A stretch of 64,000 bases of DNA from positions 31,868,001 to 31,932,000 of the forward strand of contig NC_135250.1 in assembly GCF_964204865.1 (NCBI RefSeq), written 5' to 3'. This document shows positions 36,481-49,361 of this stretch, one piece after another. The notes under the pieces are model-generated. The model was not told where the DNA came from and searched no databases. It saw only the letters and a program-made list of their open reading frames with translations. The position numbers and the translations under genes were made by a program. The stretch's first letter is position 1. Each line of letters begins with the position of its first letter. The DNA is from Styela clava (Eukaryota).

Positions 36481-37667
36481 ATCAGGTTGAAAAACTTAAA
36501 TGGCAAATATAATGACAATCACTATAAAATGACGAAATAAAATAATGATATTATTTTGAATTATAGAATCGAGAATTTAAAGTAATAAATATCACTGTAT
36601 CCGACTCGTTTTAGATTTCCTGATCCAATTAAAAGTTAAAAACACCTCTAAAAAAAATCACCAAACTAACACCGACATTGTTAAATAATATGACCAGGAA
36701 TGTCCAAAATGATTCAAATCAATTCAAAATGAATGATATCAGATTTCGAATTTAGGAATAATATTTTAATTTGAAAAATCGAGTCTCACGGTATGACCAG
36801 AAAAGCGTTTAATTTCTGAAAAAAATAAAAAAACTGTTAATTCGGTACTCCCGTAGTGTGTGCCAGGTTAGGGTTAGGCCATAATTTTATTTCGATTTTC
36901 CTTATTTTAGTTCTATTACGAGTTCTGAGACTCTCTGTGTTAGCCAAGTGAATGTACCCCCTGCCCATAGGTTTCAGTCCCTTTACACAACTTGATGTAA
37001 AGTAGGCGAACAAAATTAGTTACCCCCATAATGGTACACATACTTCCGGAGCGAAGATAATTTTCCTGCATTTCCAAATTCAACTCATTAAATATAAATT
37101 GACAACACGACCCAATTCAGAATAAGTCCGATATTCCATGTTTAAAAATATTACTTTAGAATGCTTTGGAATAGTTCGATATTCAATGTCTATCAATATA
37201 GAATATAATTGATATATCGTGACAGATACATAAGAAAAGTAGATTATTCAGTTTTGGTCAACCCAGTGTAATAAGAAAATACAAACAATAGCATGAACTT
37301 GTTTAAATCTTTCAGGCAGTAACACAATGAACAAATCAGAAATAAAACAATGCAACGACCCCATGACCCCAGAATAAATTTCCTTATTTACTTCCATATT
37401 TTGTTGAATCATATGCAATGTACACACAATGGACAATTACCCAGAACATAGTCTTGTTCCTATAATTCGAATAGTTTGTCAGTTATCACAGCTCTAGAGT
37501 TTTGAAAAAGAATACACTAAAAGTAATTGTCACTATTTCTATTAAAACCTGGTCGAATATTTTAAAACAAAAAGTTATTTTAAAATTAATACATTATTTT
37601 CCACCTAACTAAAAATACACACTGTGCATACAGAATGTAAAAACGAAATCAAACAATAGCATTTTGG

Positions 37668-37904
37668 GGGGCTCCCGAAGTATGCGAACCAAGATGGCGG
37701 ACATTGGAATGTAATATGTGTACTAGGTTAGGGTTAGGCCATAATTTTAGGTATAAATACTACGGGAGGCTTTTGGCTAGTCTTCGAACTGATAATAGGA
37801 CTAAAATAAGGAAAATTAGAAAAAAAATTATCGCCTAACCCTAACCTGTTACCCATGTTACGTTCCGATGTCCGCCATCTTGGTTCGCATACTTCGGGAG
37901 CACC
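37668..37904. mobile_element. Subfamily A GG-ended MITE
   Basis: Full TIRs; perfect TSD CATTTTGG. Confidence 0.92.
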
Positions 37905-38688
37905 CATTTTGGAATATAGAGAGACACGAATATCATAACTGGTTATAAGCAAAGACACCCTTGTTAATTAACATCAAAGTTGAAATATCAGGGTTTATGA
38001 CGACTTGTTCTGGAACCAAAATTCATTTTATACAAAATGTCAGAAATACGCACCCCTTGCCAAAATAATAATAATTGGTTAGGCAATAGCAAACTGGAAT
38101 AATTCTGATCTTTCAAAAACATAACATTCTGCAAGCATAAAGCAATCCAGATTCCAATTTTTCACTAACAGTCCAATGGAATGCTTTTTATTGAACCCAG
38201 TGAATAGGAAAGCAGGTAAAGTGGGAACAACTGTCCCTTGTTCGATTATCAGAAAATACTCTATGAAGGAATTTTCTTAGGTGAAATCTTCTTTACACAG
38301 CAGCAAACAAACGGACTGTTGCGGGCGCTCCCCTCTCCTGGCCTGCCAATATCCTTTCACTTCTAATTTTGGCCTCCAGTCAATTAACTTTGGAAACCAC
38401 TGATATAAAGCATTGGGTTGGAAAAAGCATTCGCATTGAAAAAAATTGGGAAAAAGGGACATTACAGTTGCCAGTTTTCCTTTAAGGAATGTTATATAAT
38501 GGGCTTAAAATAGAGAAAGGATTCTTATATTTATCCCAGAGGAGAGGAGCTCATAAGGATAACTCAATCCCATCTCAAACCACGGCCTCTTGTCATGTTG
38601 CCAGGAATAGGAACAGTTACCGCTGATTCATTTCAGATGTATGGACTTTAAAAATGTAATATATTGTCAAAACAGCAGGCGACTCTTA

Positions 38689-41600
38689 TCAGTCAATGGA
38701 TAAAAGTTCGATCTCAAAATACAACGTAGCATTGGAAGGAATCTTCGCTTCTGGCTTTCCCGCCTTCCCATAAGCATATTGAGGCTCAATTGTGACCTCA
38801 CACTTTTCTCCAACCGACATCGCCATGACAGCCTGGTCCCAACCAATGATCACCTCACTCTTGCCGACTTTAAATTGTAAAGGCTGATTTTTCTTCTTTT
38901 TAGTTCCCTGTGTAAGACTGTCAAACACAGTCCCATCTTCTAGTTTACCCACATAATAGCATTTCACTTTGTCCCCTGGTTTGGGGAAATTTGTTTTGTC
39001 CCCCTTTTTCAAGACATTGGTTTTCTTGAACTTGGGTGGGCCAGTGTCATCTTCTGTAGTTTTTTTTGCCTTCGATTCACTAGTGGACAATGTCTCGACC
39101 TTTTTAGTCAAATCAGCGACAGGCTTGTCTCCTGTAAATTCAAAATAGACATTTATTTCAAACGATAATAGATGGCTAAATAACGAGGTAAACCACGACC
39201 TCTTATCTCTTTTCACCATGTATGATTCATGGGCTCTCGTAATAGTGTCAATACCTGTACAATTTTTCACAATTATCTCAAGAAAGAGAGGAATGCCAAT
39301 TTGACAATTTAGTTTATTGGCGAACCAAAGCCTTTCCTTATCAGTGGTGGGCGGACATTTAATCATTTCATATTCATGTAGGATTGGATAGGATTTATAT
39401 ATTAATCCAGCGGGAGAGAAGAGCCGATAAGACAGCTTAACCATATAGAAAAGCACGGCCTCTCGTCCAATTACCATTTCATGTCGGGTAGGGAATCAGT
39501 TACTTGTTTACGGAAGCATGGACTTGATAGTGGAGGAAGCCGTAATTGTATGTACCTGATGGCTGGATGGTAGAAGCAGTGTTCAGGTGTTACTGTGATA
39601 TGGCAAGTATGTTTCGAACACAAAATGTCGCAATGGTCCAGTCCCTCTCTACTCTCACCAACCAGAATGTTTCCGGCAACAGAGCATCATATTTCTATCA
39701 GACCAGCCCAACAGTCTCGAGGGGTCTCATGTAGTTTCGTACCTATCGTACTTCTAGTAGGCGTAGCATAACAATTTTTTCATGTGTCAATCCTAACCCT
39801 CATCTGACTACACCATCCAAAATTTACATCACTACGACGTCACAGTGATGTAATAGATAGGCTTACCATAAATCTGAAACAAAAAACCGGGACGGTGCGA
39901 TTTGGCAAACATTCGGTTGATTGCCAGTCTTTGTAATATTGAAACGTCTACCAAGCCATTGCGGGTATATACGGCTCTAAATCTCTATACTGATCATTGA
40001 ATTAGAAAAAACACAAAAAAATAGTTTGTATTATTTATTTAGACCAAAAGTATTTGTTTGCAGATGGAACCCTTCTCAAAAATTCTTGTTTTGATTTTGT
40101 CATAAAACTGATAACAAGAGACATCACCATTAAATTTGCAGGTTACGAGTGCTTTTATATTTTCTTCTGGCATTCTGAACCTGCTTCCAGACCAGAAAGT
40201 TTTAACAATGGAGAAAAAATCTGTTCAACAGATGCCGATGTTCCGGCAAACAAAATCAACGAGTTTCTGCAAATTCGAAATGCTAATATTTCTGTTAGAA
40301 AAAACGTTAAACATCTCTGTCCACTTAAATTCAACCGCAAAGTAAGCCAAATTGCATTTGAACCATGCTCAGACAAATATCTCCTTATCAGTATTCGTCG
40401 AAAAGTGCATCTCTATTCAAAACCTGACTAGCTAACCGAACATATCATTTATCAATTTTGCAAACCAAACACTTTAGTCCAGTTTAAATCACCCATAATT
40501 TGTCCATATGTGGGGCCTGGGGAGCATTTTAGGCTTCATCATGCAGCTCTATATACCGCAAACATTCTTTTTAAATACAGTTACATCGATTTCGCCAGAG
40601 CGTTCCAAGGATTCCAGAAGTATAAGTGATTGCGACGGAATTAACAGTCTTCACCCTTTTTCCTTCAAATTTAGCTTCACCTCTGACATCTACGGCAGGG
40701 CTTGGCAACCTTTTGTCGCTCGCGGGACAAAATTAAGGGCTGCGAGTCATTGGCGGGCCGTACATATTTTTAGAAAGCTGAAACCGAACGAATGATACTT
40801 TTTATAATAAAAATCAAGCAGTAATACATCTTTCGAATAGAATATAGATTTACTTCCTCATTGCATCGCAAAAAATTGCATTTGAATATTTTCAGCGCCA
40901 TTGAACCCTTTGCACTTCGCATCATTTTTCTGCGTTTTGTTGCCATTTGTCTAATTATAATTAAATTATAGGCTCATTAAACTAGTAGTTGTGAATTATA
41001 TACTTGTTAGGTTATAATATAATTTAGTTTAAAAAATATAATCGTCAAAACGGCTGTTTTGTTACTATAATTTAGTGAAGCGTCACGAGCCGGATTATAA
41101 TATTCTGCAGGCCGGATCCGACCCTGGAACCGTAAGTTGCCGACCCCTGATCTACGGCATTAGTATTATCTTTTTTCAAAATTAAAATAATTTTGTTGGA
41201 GTAGGTGAGCTGGCAAAGGACAAATTTCAAGTGAAGTTCGTACGCTGGAACATTTAAGCATAAGAGTAGGACATCCTTCTTGATAATTTGAATAACTTAT
41301 CAAGCTTTCAAACAGTTCAGTAATCCTTTGCAAAGCAGGTAATAAAGGGAAAACCCGAGTGTTGCCATGCTGTAATAGCCGTTGATACTATCAACAAAAT
41401 CGCAGAATGATTTCTCTTCTGTTACTCGGACAGTGTATATGTAATAATATTTATACATTTTGACAACAACACAAACAGGCAAAGTATCTACGGCATGTTG
41501 AAAATGGCATCGCAGTGCACAGTTGAACTACATAGTATGCACAATCTATACCGGTTATACTTCTTTTAGTTTGAAAAAAGCATTATTTGTTTTTCGTCTT

Positions 41601-43036
41601 TTTACGCCTCCAAAGTTGATGTTGCAATTATCCGCACAGAATCCAACAACTTTTCCGAGAAAAGAGAGCAAGTATTCAGTAAAAGTTTTGGCGGTTTCCC
41701 TGGGTAAAGATTTGAATTCTAATAGTTTTATCTTCACACCAACATCAGGTAAAAAAATAACGAACCACGACTGGAACAAGCTTTAAATTCTTTCTGTTTG
41801 ATGCATCGAAGGTTACTGATACGAAACTGGTTTAAAGTAAATCATCATTAGGTTCAGAGGAGAACAGCGGAGCAATTCAATTAAAAATCACCGACTCTCA
41901 TTTATTTCTGGCTAAACGTGCAAAATCAGCGAATCCGCTTATCAGACAGCGGACATCAGAAATTCTAACTGTGTATATTTACAAGTTAATGCAAATTTAG
42001 GCTAAAAAAATCAAAAATAATTCAGAGGTGCAGTCAAAACTTTGTGTGATAGGCAAATGTCGGCTGTCAACGACAAACAATCATCCGAATTTGTTATCGC
42101 AAAAAATTGGTCAGTCGAGTCGATGCCTCAATTAATGTTTTGTGCTTCCTGCTTTGGATAAGATCGTTGACATCAGAACGACCATCTTATTCTTGACTAA
42201 TAGAAAAACAGATCTGCAATGCGTACAGTGACCTTTCCTCCTTCAGTTTGCGCAAAATAAGGAAAATCTCCTTTCAACTCATTAGAAAATTTGTACTTTT
42301 TCTTATGGCATTTCGACAACTTAACGGCATTGTAGTTAACGCCAGAAAACGCATTAAAACATATACCGATTGTGACATAACAATAGAGCAAATTTTTACT
42401 CTCCGAATTAGCGAAGTGTGTCGCAAAACAGTGGTAAATGGGCTGCCACCGTTAAAAAATTGTAACAATAAGAAATATGAATTTTTCACCCATGACAGCC
42501 GTGCTGACAAACCGGGACATTTGAGTCGACCGGCCGGGACAGCTCGTCAAAACCGGGACTGTCCCGGCTAAACCGGGACGTATGGTAAGCCTAGTAATAG
42601 AGCCCTCCAAACTATACGAACTATTTTTGGATGGCGTAGTCAGAAGAGGGTTAGGATTGACATGCCAAAAAATTGTTATGCTACGCCTACTAGAAGTAGG
42701 CTACGTTAGTAAGAGGTACGAAACTACACGAAACCCCAGTCTCGGAGTCTCCATTCAGCCATTAGCTATTATTTATCAGTTGACTTTAGTTATAAACAAT
42801 AAAATTTCACCTGCACCAGTTCCAAAAGCACAAGTTTCAAACAAAGCATTGTAAGCAATCACTAAGGCATCTCTTTTCGAAGTTTTGGTGACATTTTTCA
42901 AACTCCCCAGAAGTTTATGCTCAGCTAAAAACTCTGATGTTGAGTGAGTTTGAAGAAAAGATATCAATTCTTTTTTACTGACGTCATCACCATGTAATTG
43001 CTCATCAGTCCACTGCCTTTCAACTTGCGCAGACAT
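38689..43036 (-). CDS. FKBP3: FK506-binding protein 3 (FKBP25), peptidyl-prolyl isomerase, 222 aa
   Basis: Exon 1 (43036-42811) encodes the N-terminal basic helical domain (WTDEQL..DVSKKELISFLQ..FLAEHKLLG..KNV.KT...L..AYN.LF). Exon 2 (39131-38689) encodes the FKBP domain (GPPKF.K.VLKKGDKTNFPK.GD.V.C.Y.G.LEDGTVFD..PL.FKVG...VI.GWD..AYGK.G.PEAKIP.NATL.FEIEL..ID). Phase-1 GT-AG intron. Confidence 0.97.
39858..42593 (-). mobile_element. Decayed autonomous hAT (Blackjack-like) DNA transposon with transposase pseudogene
   Basis: TIR TAGGCTTACCATA...TATGGTAAGCCTA; perfect TSD GTAATAGA; CCGGGAC subterminal repeats. Frameshifted minus-strand fragments KIKLLEF..LPRETA..FCADNCNINFGG and the hAT dimerisation-like GTSASVEQIFS. 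Confidence 0.9.
40696..41149. mobile_element. Charlie-like hAT MITE inserted into the transposase remnant
   Basis: Termini CAGGGCTTGGCAACC...AGTTGCCGACCCCTG; perfect TSD ATCTACGG; inverted homologue of 23102-23553. Confidence 0.92.
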
Positions 43037-43789
43037 ATTATTTTCTATATTTCCGGTAAACTTACAGATCAATAAGCGTTGCAAACGAATTTTGAAGCGT
43101 CCAGCATGTGTTTTGCAGACGTTTCCGATAAGTGCAAGGAGTCAAAAAATTCTCGCCGGTTACATAAATTTTATACTCGCACCAGTGGTTCTCAACCCTT
43201 GCGAGACTACCGTGAGCTCCTACGCTATTCAGCATTCAGATAATATGATGCCTCAAGGCGCTGGTAGCTCAAGTCATTCGTTCCTCAACTATCAAACTGC
43301 GAGAATATTTATGTACAAGAGGATTGCTGGACTCCCTGTCGTGGGAAGGGTCACGTAACCGCTGGACGGTTACGGCTTCCTCCACTTTCCTCCATACTTC
43401 CAAAAACAAATAACTGGATAACTAATTCAATACCGACATGAACTGGTAAACGGACGAGAAGCCGTGGTTCGCCAGATGATTAAGCCGCTTTGTCGCTTTT
43501 ATTTCTTTCGGTAAAAGCGTTTTTCCATTATTACAGAAATAGAGATACGATATGACTCAGTGCAAGGTTGCCAGAACAAACGATGATGATAGTTATACGT
43601 AAAGCTCTGCAATGAAATATTATTTGTCACCCATTTTTCTCACTTAGTCAAGTTCAAGCATGTTGCATTTCTATATGTTCACTTACTTCCTAACTTCTAC
43701 TTGCCCGTTAAACTAACTTTAGTTTTAACACTAGATTACGAATAAGGTGTTGCTCACGCAAATAAAAGCTCAAAGCCCCAAGGTTTGCC

Positions 43790-44210
43790 ATGTATGTATG
43801 TATGTATGTATGTATGTATGTTTATTCGTCTCGTAAAAGCAATATAAAAGAGTAAATAATTATAAATACTGAAGACGGGATGTATGCACAAGACCATATT
43901 GGCCTAAAACACAAATGTGCGGCATACATCCCTTTTGATTTATATAAATTATAATAGGGTAAATCAAATATGTACAATATGGTCCTTTATACAGGCAGTT
44001 GTGCAAGGAGGGTGGGTGGATGCGGCAACAGGGATATGGGTGGAGTGTACAAAACTGTTTGTACAAAGGAGTTTGTTAGACAAAACAACATCTATAAATA
44101 GAGACACAACACAACATGAAACACACTGCGTATGAATATAGTAATGAAAAAAAAATGAGAATTCTGATGAATGTACAACACCATTGAGTGATGATACCAC
44201 ATACTATAAA
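43790..44210 (-). mobile_element. Probable 3' end of a non-LTR retrotransposon with a (CATA)n tail
   Basis: On the minus strand, AATAAA is followed immediately by about 8 CATA repeats. Similar signal-plus-microsatellite ends occur near 45260 (ATTG)n and near 12415/30205 (TC)n. No reverse-transcriptase motif seen. Confidence 0.45.
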
Positions 44211-44317
44211 ACGCGGAAATGGTCAAGTATAAAACGCGGGAATGGTCATAACAACCTAAGATAATTCGTGCCCATGCGTAGCCAGCCCAAAATGTTGGGG
44301 GGGAGGATAATTTTTTT

Positions 44318-44553
44318 GGGGCTCCCGAAGTATGCGAACCAAGATGGCGGACATCGGAATGTAATATGTGTACTAGGTTAGGGTTAGGCCATAATTTTAG
44401 GTATAAATACTACGGGAGGCTCTTGGCTAGTCTTCGAACTGATAATAGGACTAAAATAGGGAAAATTGGAAAAAAATGATCGCCTAACCCTAACCTGTTA
44501 CCCATGTTACGTTCCGATGTCCGCCATCTTGGTTCGCATACTTCGGGAACACC
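44318..44553. mobile_element. Subfamily A GG-ended MITE
   Basis: Full TIRs; TSD ATTTTTTT/ATTTTTGT. Confidence 0.9.
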
Positions 44554-44735
44554 ATTTTTGTTTTATAATGAAGTAAATACTATGCTCCGAACAAAGCCAA
44601 ATAAATTATCCACTGTTATCTAACAATATCTTAAAATAATAGCTCTACAGACTTCCTTTGTTGTCGACGTTATGCAAGGCATATACCGCGCATTTTCATC
44701 TAACTCGTTTAGTTCGTCAGGTGAAAGGATTATTG

Positions 44736-45237
44736 ATGGACCTTTCCCCGAGCATCGACTTCCTTGTTTACTTCGTGACATTGGCCAATCAGCAAGATGC
44801 AAAAAGTGACGAAACAATGCCCCCTTTTCGCATCCGCTCAGACACTTTTCTCACTCAGACAGATTTTCAAGCGTGATTGTAACTATTACCTCGTTTTCGC
44901 GTTTCTGAACTCTATTCGTTAGTTTTCAGTTGTGTTTTGGGAACTTTAATAAAAATCAGATAATTCAATGATCACTCTGTCTTTCTATGAATTTTAATTT
45001 AATTGCAGTAATAAAAATTAGTGTAGAAATAGCTGGGATAGACTAGCCTGAAATTCTTTACCGGTACTTTTAAAAAACAGATTGTTGTATGCGATGAATC
45101 ATAATGATGGTTTGAAACACATACCCCATTTTACAGACGCCAACTCGCAAAAGCACTCTTAAAATAGCCTCGACAATTTTGCAATGGTAAAGCATAGGGA
45201 GAATTTTCCGAGGGTCAAAGGTCGGGGAAAGGTCCAT
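44736..45237. mobile_element. Unclassified TIR element, about 500 bp
   Basis: Perfect 16-bp inverted repeat ATGGACCTTTCCCCGA / TCGGGGAAAGGTCCAT; TSD not resolved. Confidence 0.55.
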
Positions 45238-48200
45238 AGCAAGCCAATTCAAATCGTTCAATAAATCAATCAATCTTTTATTTGTCAACACAAAAAACAA
45301 GCATATAGAAAACTGTTACAACAAACGAAATATACTGATCATGTTAATTGTGTGACTGGAGTCGCGAGGGACCTATAGAGGTCTTCAAGCAGCGACACCT
45401 AGCTGATGCAGGTTAGTATAAAAAAGTAACTAAATGAGACACAACTACTGAATACCAGTAGTTGCGGCAGTATACATAATTGAGGCTACTGTTCAGATTA
45501 TTTAACAAAATAAATATATAACTATCACGAGAGAATGCACTGAATAGAGAAAATGGGAGGATAACAAGAAAAAATAAAGAAAAACTTAAAAAGAATGCAA
45601 ATTTGGCAAATGTAAAACTAAAAACAAAGGAAAACGAACAATACGCACAAAATATTCGTAACAAAGCAAATGGCAAGTACACCCTTGCGTACGACATCTG
45701 TGTCGATATGAGTTTTCAATGGAGTGCACTGAAATTTAGGATAGAAGAGTCATTGACAGATCCACTAAAACTAATATCTGCTCGAAGATACACACAGCTA
45801 AGCCATTTTATTAGTTGTTCAAATGTGGAAGTTTGTAGGCCTATATCTACGTTGCGATGATAAAATTTACATTAGGTAGGATTTACATATTCCCCCAAGG
45901 GAAAGGAAAGCCGATAAGACGGTTTAATCATTGCGAACCACGGTCTCTCGTCCGGTTACCAGTCCATGTCGAGTATGGGATTAGTAAGCCAGTTATTTGG
46001 ACTTGGTTAATAGAAACGTTTCATGATACATTAATAGTAATTGCATACTTGGAAAGTATCACGGCGTATAAACTCAGAAGTATCTGATTAATTAAGTAAA
46101 GCCACGCTTCAATTTCGAAAAATCGCTGATGGCGGACAAATAATAATGCTGAAATAATGAAATAAATGTTATGTAGAAATTCTTGTTTTCCATTAGTAAT
46201 TCAATTCTTTTGATATGGGAGCACTACATGTCGTTTAGTATTTGCGCGTATTCTATATAATTTAATGATATGGGCAATTAGTCGATTATACTCTAGTCTA
46301 AAGCGCAAATCGATGGTTTTTTCCATCAAGTTCAAAATCTAAGGTTTTAATCCCATGGCAACCATTTCACCCAGACTTCATATGAACTAGCGTACAATTA
46401 CAAATAGCTATTGCTAATAGACACCAAATGACGTCATCGAATTACGTAACATTTAAATTAAGTCACATACCCCCACAACACATTTTGTTGATCGAAACTA
46501 TTCTAGGCGCAAATTTATTCAAATGAAAACTTTTTTTAAGCCATCAAATATGGCCGTGTCTAAACCCATCTTTAAAAACATGTTTCTCCTACGTACGTTC
46601 GGTCGGTGTTTCCGTGTTTTAGTACACCAAAGTAAACAATTCTAAATTTCTCACTGATGTAAAACATGTGTTTCGGGGGCGTCCGCCCCAGTTTATCGAC
46701 CTTATATGTAGTCGAAGTTGCTTCTACTTTTAACAAATTACCAAGCATGGTACATGCATATATCGAAGATAAATCACGAATTATCTGTAATTCCATTATG
46801 GTCGCGTGCAAATGATAAATGACTGTTTAAAAATTTATAAATTTACAAAAAATTATTTTGAATTTTTTATACAACGGTTTCACATTTTCAATTTCAAAAA
46901 GTTCCTATTTTTGCTTTAGTATCATTATAATCTCACACCGAATCATTATTGCGTTGCTAGCCAGGAAATTCCCAATACCAGAATTCCAACGCAGCTAGTA
47001 GCCAAGGGGAAAGGGGCACACGGTACATTTAGAGTGTGTCTGGGGGAACAAGGACGTTTGTAAAGCGATTTTTTTATGAATTTTTTAGATATCAGTGGCG
47101 TTTTTTATCTGGCTTTGTTCGGAGCAAAAGCTATCGGTGGGCGTCACATTACGATATTACGTCATTATACAACCCCCCACCCCCTCAATTTGGGCTGCCT
47201 ACGATCTGACAGGAGTCTGTTCGGTTCAGAATTGCCGGCCTGGATATCACTAGTCCGGGTTTTTTCAAAGTGGACACTCGGCTCCCAGGACGATCGAAAA
47301 ACTTGCGAGTCTTCAAAAAAGAAACCAGGAATTATGAACCCCTGCACTAGGTATGCGCCCGAATGTATTTCATATTTTTGTTACTTTTCTGCAAGTTTTT
47401 AACAGTGTGAGTGCGTAAGTAGAAACCCATGTAAAAGCGTTCGACGTCAGCTTGTACAAGAACAGGGCGCGGTTTTTCATTCAGTTACTTTAGCTTAGAC
47501 TAGTTGCGTACTGGTTGCCAGAAATGGAAAGCGGGCGATGAATCGTGGTGCGCTATATAGCAGTTTTCAGAAATATGGATTTTTTTCGAATCGAATCTTG
47601 AATACTTGGAAGATATGTAGTGTATTGACTGTTTTATTGTAATGAGTCCTTCAGTCACATAAATAAGTGAAAACACGTATTATCTATCACTCGCACAGTT
47701 CGCTGAGAGTTCCCACGCAGTGAGAAACATGTTTCATAAATAACTCACTCGGATGAAAAGTCATATGTCAGAGTTGCATTACAAAGATTTGACATGAATA
47801 AAAAAAAATTAGAGATTCATGTCGATCTGCGGATGAGCAAAAAACAAGATGGCGGCGATTGAAATTTCCGTGTGAACCGATTCGAATAATTTACCATTCG
47901 ATTCAACTCGAATATTCGATTCAAAATGGCCACCCCTAGTCGCAAACCGAAACTGGGTCGCATGAAGATCTTCTTGGGTCGCTTCTTTTTTCAACAAAAA
48001 CTTAAATGTTAAGGATTTCATTTTCTGGTAAATGTTATTGGATATTTCAAGTGCTGCTTACTAGTAATTTCATATATGGGAAGTATAACTGCGTAAAAAC
48101 TTGGCAGCGTCTTGCTGTTTGCACTCAAGTACAGCTTTTCCATTTTGCGGTAATTTTTGAGAAATAAATGTCATATACAAATGGTTTTATGATAGTAATT

Positions 48201-48355
48201 TAATTTTGCGGCCATAAAAGCGCTACACGAGTTTATTTGCAAATCTTTTGGTCGCGAGATGTTCCCGAAATTTATTTTGTTTTTAATTTTGTGGCGCTTA
48301 GAACAAACGTTGGGAGCAACTGCGCTATATGACTGCGTCGTATTATAGGCTTATC

Positions 48356-48585
48356 GGTGCTCCCGAAGTATGCGAACCAAGATGGCGGACATCGGAACGT
48401 AACATGGGTAACAGGTTAGGCGATAATTTTTTTCCAATTTTCTTTATTTTAGTCCTATTATCAGTTCGAAGACTAGCCAAGAGCCTCCCGTAGTATTTAT
48501 ACCTAAAATTATGGCCTAACCCTAACCTAGTACACATATTACATTCCGATGTCCGCCATCTTGGTTCGCATACTTCGGGAGCCCC
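48356..48585. mobile_element. Subfamily A GG-ended MITE
   Basis: Full TIRs; flanks AGGCTTATC/TGGCTCATC. Confidence 0.9.
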
Positions 48586-49361
48586 TGGCTCATCTCCTAT
48601 TCAGCATAAATTAGAAAATTCTGCATACTTCAGTGCTATTTCACTGTAATTCGAAAAGAAACGTAGTTGAGTCTTCTGATAGAAATGTAGACGTTGTTAT
48701 ACACGAGAATGGATAAATTAGAGGTCAAGTAAGAGTGAATGCTTGTAATATTAATTGATCCATCACACCAAACTCGCATGTATAAGACCAAACATGTGAA
48801 TTAAAGCAAACTCTACAGATAGACCTGCTGTCCCTTGTAATGTTCTGCTCTGCCCCTAAGGCACTCACCTGGGCCCGACTCTGCGCATATGGCCGTTGTT
48901 CCGACCGTCATGCTAGAAACAAACAAAGGTAACCCCTACAAATAAACCGACCTTGACCCAAACCCATTAATATCAACTAACGAATACACCAGTTATAAGG
49001 GTTGGGAAAATTACGGTTCGGATCCGGCCACCTAAGTACTTCATTAGGACCACTTGTGTCTGCTGGTAGTAAGACTATATTGGATATAAATTTCCGTTGA
49101 AAATATCGATGACAGTCGCGAAATAATGACCCCAATTGTGACATTGTGCTTCTTAGCTCAGCTGTTATAAATAAACTGTTTTTATTCAAAGTTTTTCTCA
49201 TTGAGTTTTAAGCCTCCGGTCCAGTAGCCAATTATATCATGCGTAACAACCCACGTAGGAGAGTAACTGCCCACCCCTGGATTAGCTTTTAATACTTGCA
49301 TTACTTTTTTATTAAAAAAAATTTTTTTCCATTTTTAGTGCCTTTTTACAAATAAACGTGT

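Larger units (their letters stand above)
39721..42737. mobile_element. Outer fold-back GG-ended MITE (arms about 100 bp), split by nested insertions
   Basis: Left arm GGGGTCTCATGTAGTTTCGTACCT..CTTCTAGTAGGCGTAGCATAACAATTTTT mirrors the right arm ending AGGTACGAAACTACACGAAACCCC; TSD AGTCTCGA/AGTCTCGG. Confidence 0.85.

Noticed and set aside
38689-39477. 262-aa ORF suggesting an FKBP with a novel N-terminus
   Set aside because: The first 115 or so codons are intron and SINE sequence; the true exon starts at the acceptor at 39131 and joins exon 1 at 42811-43036.
44620-44817. Minus-strand ORF MSRSKQGSRCSGKGP... as the first exon of a gene
   Set aside because: Straddles the end of a TIR element; no convincing donor, downstream exons or homology.
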